Below are positions 8,602-12,505 of a DNA stretch of 12,505 nt, piece after piece. The DNA lies in NCBI GenBank assembly GCA_002794465.1, contig MTSL01000173.1, positions 1-12,505 on the forward strand. The letters are read 5' to 3'. The notes beneath the pieces are model-generated. The model saw only the letters and a program-made list of their open reading frames with translations. It was not told where the DNA came from and ran no database searches. The position numbers were made by a program, and so were the translations under genes. Every line of letters starts with the position of its first letter. Positions within the stretch are counted from its first letter, which is position 1. The stretch is from Paramicrosporidium saccamoebae KSL3 (lineage: Eukaryota > Fungi > Cryptomycota).

Positions 8602-8651
8602 GGTTCCAAATCCTTCAGTCTTTATCCCCAGACCTCATTGCAGGGGTCGCT

Positions 8652-9122
8652 ATGGAGCAGGAACGCTATGAGATTACTGTGGATGCCGATGACGTCATGG
8701 ATTCACAACCAACAGAGGAACCGTCGACAACACGGCTAAGGTCAGCCGTGACAAAACGAAAGGGACGTGGATTCTCCTCGGCTGCCGACTCTTCCGGTCT
8801 CTCCGCAGTCACCCATTTCGACACACTTTACGAATCCTCAGGTCGTGCATTACGCTCTATTGAGGGCTGGGTGCTCTTTGTCACCGGGCTACACGAGGAG
8901 GTCACTGAGGAAGACTTATACGACCGGTTTGCAGACTATGGGACAGTGAGGGAATTAAAGATGGATTTGGATCACAGGACGGGGTATGTAAAGGGATATG
9001 CCTTGGTGGAGTATCTCGAATATGCTCAGGCCAAGGAGGCGCTAGAGGCACTCAATGGGTCGTCGTTTATGGATGGAATTTTGAATGTTGATTTTGCATT
9101 CAGCAAGCCGCCCACCCAATAA
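8652..9122 (+). CDS. RBM8A: RNA-binding protein Y14/RBM8A (exon junction complex core), about 156 aa
   Basis: KRKGRGF motif, then RSIEGWVLFVTGLHEEVTEEDLYDRFADYGTVRELKMDLDHRTGYVKGYALVEY, the Y14 RRM signature. I chose the start at ATG 8652; the ORF-track extension from 8433 only translates the minisatellite. Confidence 0.92.
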   Translation: MEQERYEITVDADDVMDSQPTEEPSTTRLRSAVTKRKGRGFSSAADSSGLSAVTHFDTLYESSGRALRSIEGWVLFVTGLHEEVTEEDLYDRFADYGTVRELKMDLDHRTGYVKGYALVEYLEYAQAKEALEALNGSSFMDGILNVDFAFSKPPTQ

Positions 9123-9173
9123 TAAACTTGTCCATGGAAACAGCCCTGATGGGCCGGGATGTCTTGTTCATAA

Positions 9174-10607
9174 ATGCCCACACATGCAGTGCCAGAAAAT
9201 ATAAATATCGGACTTTTGGGACACGTTGATGCTGGAAAGACCACGCTAGCCCGGTTGTTGAGCACTCATGCTTCAACGGCCTGCTTCGACAAGAGTCCGC
9301 AAAGTCAATCCCGCGGCATAACTCTTGACCTCGGCTTTTCTTCCCTCTCCATCTCCTCCCGTCAATTCACCCTCGTCGATTGTCCTGGCCATGCAACACT
9401 CCTCCGCACTGTGCTATGCGCCTCGGCAATCATCGATGCGGTTGTTCTGGTGGTGGGACCAGAGGGCATTCAAACACAGACAGCAGAGTGCCTAGTACTG
9501 GCAGAATGTACTACCGAGAGACTGCTAGTTGCGTTAACCAAGATGGATTTATTCACAGAGCCAGACCGGAGCAAAAAGATCGAGGAGCTGAAGACGAAGA
9601 TTGGGAAAGTCTTGGCAGCGACAAAATTCAAAGAGGTTCAGGTTATCCCAGTGTCGCCCTACATTGAGGATACAAAGGAACAGTTCCTTGTGGCCTTGGA
9701 TCGGCTTGTTCCAGGCTCGCCGCTTCGGGATCCAAGCGGCACTGCACTTGTAGCTGTTGATCATTGTTTCACCGTAAAAGGACACGGCCCCGTAATGACC
9801 GGTACGGTTCTACAAGGAACTATCTCAATCGGAGACAAATTGGAAATCTGTAGCCTTCAAACAACTTGTAAAATCAAAACGATCCAAAGCTACAAGCGCT
9901 CCATGAATTCTGCCATGCAGGGAGATCGTGTCGGATTGGGAGTTACTGGGCTTGTCTCTGTGGATGGAATTGAAAGAACTCTTCTCTCCATCCCCGGGCA
10001 TCAGAGACCAATTGACTCGTTCGTAATGACTGCCAGACCGATCAAATATTACAAGCACCCTCTAATTTCAGGGGTCAAACTACATGTTTCCGTCTTGCAC
10101 CAGACTACGACCGGCACACTGACATTCTACAGAGCTTCGGGTGAAGAGGGGGAATTTATAAATACCATAGAAGATTGTAGTTCTGATGTGAAAGTGCTGG
10201 TTCAATTGACGATGCGGGTCATCGCGCCTCCTGGATCGGCCGTCTTGGTGTCCAAGCTTGATGACGATCCCAAAGCGAAGAGCTGCAGATTAGCCCTCTA
10301 CGGACATGTAACCGGCATGGGTGAGCCGAAGATATTTCGGTGGAAATACAAACGTGGCATGGTTCAACGTGTGGTTGATGACCGTCGTCTTATTGGATAT
10401 GGCCTTTGCCCAACGTCGGCCGGGCTGCAGCGATTCCTGGGTATGGAATGCCATATTCTGGCCCAAGACGGATCGTATATTTCCACTGGACGGATCCAGT
10501 CCCCATTTGGAACTACAGGGAAATTCAACATTAGTTTAGACCATCCCTCCAGGGCTGGTGACTATTCCAACTCTATTGTAGAGCTCCGAATAAAGACTTT
10601 TATCTAG
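9174..10607 (+). CDS. EEFSEC: Selenocysteine-specific translation elongation factor, eukaryotic type (eEFSec), 477 aa, no intron detected
   Basis: NINIGLLGHVDAGKTTLARLLSTHASTACFDKSPQSQSRGITLDLGFS, TLVDCPGHATLLR, QTQTAECL, VDHCFTVKG..VMTGT, QGDRVG, CRLALYG, KYKRGMVQRVVDD and IQSPFGTTGKFNI align by eye, in order, to animal eEFSec domains 1-4. STAxFDKxPQS..RGITLDLGFS is not found in EF1A, eIF2-gamma or Hbs1. Confidence 0.93.
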   Translation: MPTHAVPENINIGLLGHVDAGKTTLARLLSTHASTACFDKSPQSQSRGITLDLGFSSLSISSRQFTLVDCPGHATLLRTVLCASAIIDAVVLVVGPEGIQTQTAECLVLAECTTERLLVALTKMDLFTEPDRSKKIEELKTKIGKVLAATKFKEVQVIPVSPYIEDTKEQFLVALDRLVPGSPLRDPSGTALVAVDHCFTVKGHGPVMTGTVLQGTISIGDKLEICSLQTTCKIKTIQSYKRSMNSAMQGDRVGLGVTGLVSVDGIERTLLSIPGHQRPIDSFVMTARPIKYYKHPLISGVKLHVSVLHQTTTGTLTFYRASGEEGEFINTIEDCSSDVKVLVQLTMRVIAPPGSAVLVSKLDDDPKAKSCRLALYGHVTGMGEPKIFRWKYKRGMVQRVVDDRRLIGYGLCPTSAGLQRFLGMECHILAQDGSYISTGRIQSPFGTTGKFNISLDHPSRAGDYSNSIVELRIKTFI

Positions 10608-10748
10608 TAATACTGTCGTGTATTGGGACATGAACAAACTCTCACGCCAACGGCCGAAAATGGATAAACTCTCTCATGCCTAACTATACGACTACAATAC
10701 ATATACCAGACGATGCTAATTCTAAACAACATCTTTAACAATAATTTA

Positions 10749-11241
10749 CTACTTGGCCTGCTTGTTACGGAAATCCTTCACGGCCGACTTGATCGCATCC
10801 TCGGCCAGCATGGAGCAGTGCAGCTTGACGGGCGGCAGACAGAGTTCTTGGGCGATATCCGTATTCCTGATAGCGGTTGCTTCGTCCAACGACCGTCCTT
10901 TGATCCACTCCGTCGCCAGACTCGACGAGGCAATTGCCGACCCGCATCCAAACGTCTTGAACCGCACATCCTCAATGATACCGGCGGGACTGACTTTGAT
11001 TTGCAGCTTCATGACGTCGCCGCAAGCCGGCGCGCCCACAAGACCCGTGCCGACAGTGGGGTCGTTTTTATCTAGAGAGCCCACATTTCGAGGGCGTTCA
11101 TAGTGTTCGAGAACCTAGCGTTAGTATGCACACATTTAGTACCTTCTGGTGGTATGTGCGCAATGTCAAACACGGCAAGGCGGTGGAGGAGCGAGAAAAT
11201 ACGCTGCCCGAGAGCACCAGTCGCCTGCTTATAGGAAGCAT
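10749..11241 (-). CDS. ISU1: Mitochondrial Fe-S cluster scaffold Isu1/IscU, 154 aa; exons 11241-11143 and 11114-10749
   Basis: The spliced product has an Arg/Ser/Leu-rich acid-free presequence (MLPISRRLVLSGSVFSRSSTALPCLTLRTY), then HQKVLEHYERPRNVGS, GAPACGDVMKLQI, KTFGCGSAIASSS and the Hsp70-binding LPPVK motif followed by LHCSMLAEDAIK. Confidence 0.96.
11115..11142 (-). other. Spliceosomal intron, 28 nt, canonical branch point
   Basis: Minus strand GTACTAAATGTGTGCATACTAACGCTAG, containing a perfect TACTAAC. Removal gives YHQK-VLEHYERPRNVG. Confidence 0.95.
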
Positions 11242-11256
11242 CTAGAGTCTATTCTC

Positions 11257-11283
11257 AGCCAATCATATCCCGGCTTATATAAA
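11257..11283 (-). promoter_or_regulatory. Candidate ISU1 core promoter elements (CCAAT box and TATA-like element)
   Basis: AGCCAATCA at 11257-11265 and a TATATAA-containing tract at about 11275-11283, both within 45 nt of the ISU1 ATG. This is a motif match only. Confidence 0.3.
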
Positions 11284-11549
11284 AGAAAGAGAGCAAGGTA
11301 ACCCCACCAATTCAATCAAATAAAATGCACTTTTTTATGCGCATCCCATGGATTTAGGATAAAGGGTCGGTTAATAAGCGGTAGGGGGAAAGTTTTTACT
11401 AAATTACATGGTGCGTTTATAGGCCGCCGTCCTCAGTATGATTGATAATCCAATCATAGCGGATACATTTTAGCAGAATCTCTGCTTCCAACTTTGCAGG
11501 AATCAACCGACTACACGTTTATTTTTGAGTATTCAAGGAGCATGTCAAT

Positions 11550-12505
11550 TTATAGTTCCATTTTCCGACATTCACGCACCGCAGCTAGCACATCGATTCG
11601 TCCGTGTCCAAAGTAATTATTAGGTACAGAGGTCGGCGAGTTCCCGCCACACAATGGTGCAGCATCTACTGGAGGGAGTAACTTTACAGCAGTCATCTCT
11701 AGCAAGGATTGGATCTTATCTACGTTGCCGGACAGACTAGGGCACATTGAAATGATGAGTGCCGTTGCTCCACCCACATGAGGACTGGCCATCGATGTAC
11801 CAGAGAGAGACCGGAACCCATTGCCCGGGTAGGCAGCCATTACGTTAACGCCCGGAGCAGTGAGATCCGGCTTGCAATATTTCTCTGTCCCAATGACACA
11901 GGGCCCACGAGATGAAAAGGGAGCCAATGTGTCGTCACTATCAGTAGCTCCGACGGTAATCACCGACTTTTCCAAAGCCGGCGGATCAGCAATAGTGCTA
12001 CAATCGGGTCCCTCATTACCCGCACTCACAGACATGAACACTCCGGCTGCACGAAGCGCCTCTACAGCAGCCGTCATGGCTCTTTTGCTACAACCCTCCG
12101 GGTCAGGACAGCCATAAGAGTTACCCACAACATGTGGACGCAATTTGGGGTCGGCATTCTTGCCGTCAAGATCGTGGGGAGCAAGGAAAAAGTTGAGACA
12201 ACTCAAATAAGTTTCGGGCGAGCCAACTCCACGATCCATATTGCGACACGCCATCCAACGTGCTTCAGGCGCCACTCCATAACCATCGGCTCCAACAGCA
12301 ATGCTGGCCACGTGTGTACCATGTCCTTGGTCGTCACAAGGCGCATCGGACGCAAAACCGCATTTGGCACGGCCATCAGCGGCAAACAGTTCTCGAACCC
12401 CATCCCACCACGCCTTGTTGTGGTCATAGCTTCCATCTTTCTTGAGTCCAATATAGTTGTTCTTAATGTTGGGATGTTCAAATTCAACTCCCGTATCAGC
12501 AATGG
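11550..12505 (-). CDS. Subtilisin-family (S8) serine protease, bacillopeptidase-F-like (5'-partial)
   Basis: The frame is open from 12503. It contains the full catalytic triad: IADTG (Asp codon 12497-12495), DQGHGTHVAS (His 12323-12321) and GTSMASPHVGG (Ser 11795-11793), plus the oxyanion SAGNEG. Subfamily-like blocks are GVAPEARWMACR, FFLAPHDLDGKNADPKLRPHVVGNSYG and PNNYFGHGRIDVLAAV. Confidence 0.92.
   Translation of the reverse strand, partial: IADTGVEFEHPNIKNNYIGLKKDGSYDHNKAWWDGVRELFAADGRAKCGFASDAPCDDQGHGTHVASIAVGADGYGVAPEARWMACRNMDRGVGSPETYLSCLNFFLAPHDLDGKNADPKLRPHVVGNSYGCPDPEGCSKRAMTAAVEALRAAGVFMSVSAGNEGPDCSTIADPPALEKSVITVGATDSDDTLAPFSSRGPCVIGTEKYCKPDLTAPGVNVMAAYPGNGFRSLSGTSMASPHVGGATALIISMCPSLSGNVDKIQSLLEMTAVKLLPPVDAAPLCGGNSPTSVPNNYFGHGRIDVLAAVRECRKMEL

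Noticed and set aside
8433-8651. 73-aa N-terminal extension of Y14 from ATG 8433 (and ORF 8515..8739)
   Set aside because: It is only the minisatellite read through shifting frames; the consensus unit has no + strand stop codon, so open frames are expected. The Y14-like sequence starts at ATG 8652. An upstream exon ending at TTGCAG (8638-8643) cannot be excluded.
9174-10607. Bacterial SelB or a bacterial contaminant (prompted by the TKxD motif)
   Set aside because: The N-terminal STAxFDKxPQS block and the eukaryote/archaea-type domain 4 are present, the bacterial winged-helix C-terminus is absent, and the flanking genes are eukaryotic.
10620-10690. ATGA...AA pattern and imperfect duplication (AAACTCTCACGCC / AAACTCTCTCATGCC) after the eEFSec stop
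   Set aside because: The spacing and pairing do not fit a SECIS, eEFSec has no in-frame TGA, and the duplication is two short degenerate copies.
9174-11241. Functional Se/Fe-S cluster formed by eEFSec next to ISU1
   Set aside because: The genes are convergent, the other neighbours are functionally unrelated, and nothing in the sequence indicates co-regulation. It would need conserved synteny to be credible.
941-12502. Overlapping antisense or alternate-frame ORFs (for example 941..1264, 1409..1843, 2411..2797, 3084..3560, 5841..6230, 7467..7832, 10713..11075, 10753..11103, 12203..12502)
   Set aside because: All shadow well-supported genes or their repeats, and none has a recognisable motif.

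Overview
Gene-dense eukaryotic DNA, most consistent with a fungal or near-fungal lineage with a compacted genome (Rozellomycota/Paramicrosporidium-like is my inference, not a database result). Nine protein-coding genes fill most of the window. Six GT-AG introns of only 28-34 nt can be reconstructed because removing them restores conserved protein motifs. Genes in order: a 5'-partial DUF2433-type degenerate metallophosphoesterase + RRM protein (+); a forkhead transcription factor (-); a peroxisomal acyl-CoA thioesterase II ending in SKL (-); SUMO E1 subunit UBA2 (+); an unrecognised coiled-coil protein (-); exon-junction-complex subunit Y14/RBM8A (+); a eukaryotic selenocysteine elongation factor eEFSec (+); mitochondrial Fe-S scaffold ISU1 (-); and a 5'-partial bacillopeptidase-F-like subtilase (-). 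The most notable signal is a full four-domain eEFSec in a fungal-type compact genome, because most fungi lack selenocysteine. It has intact pocket motifs but a shortened, divergent C-terminal KRYVF-equivalent. Other notable structures are a 28-bp head-to-head gap containing a dyad, a 64-nt inverted repeat, a 5 x 31-bp CCAAT-containing minisatellite upstream of Y14, and three in-frame coding tandem repeats. No selenoprotein, SECIS, tRNA, rRNA, CRISPR array or mobile element could be supported.
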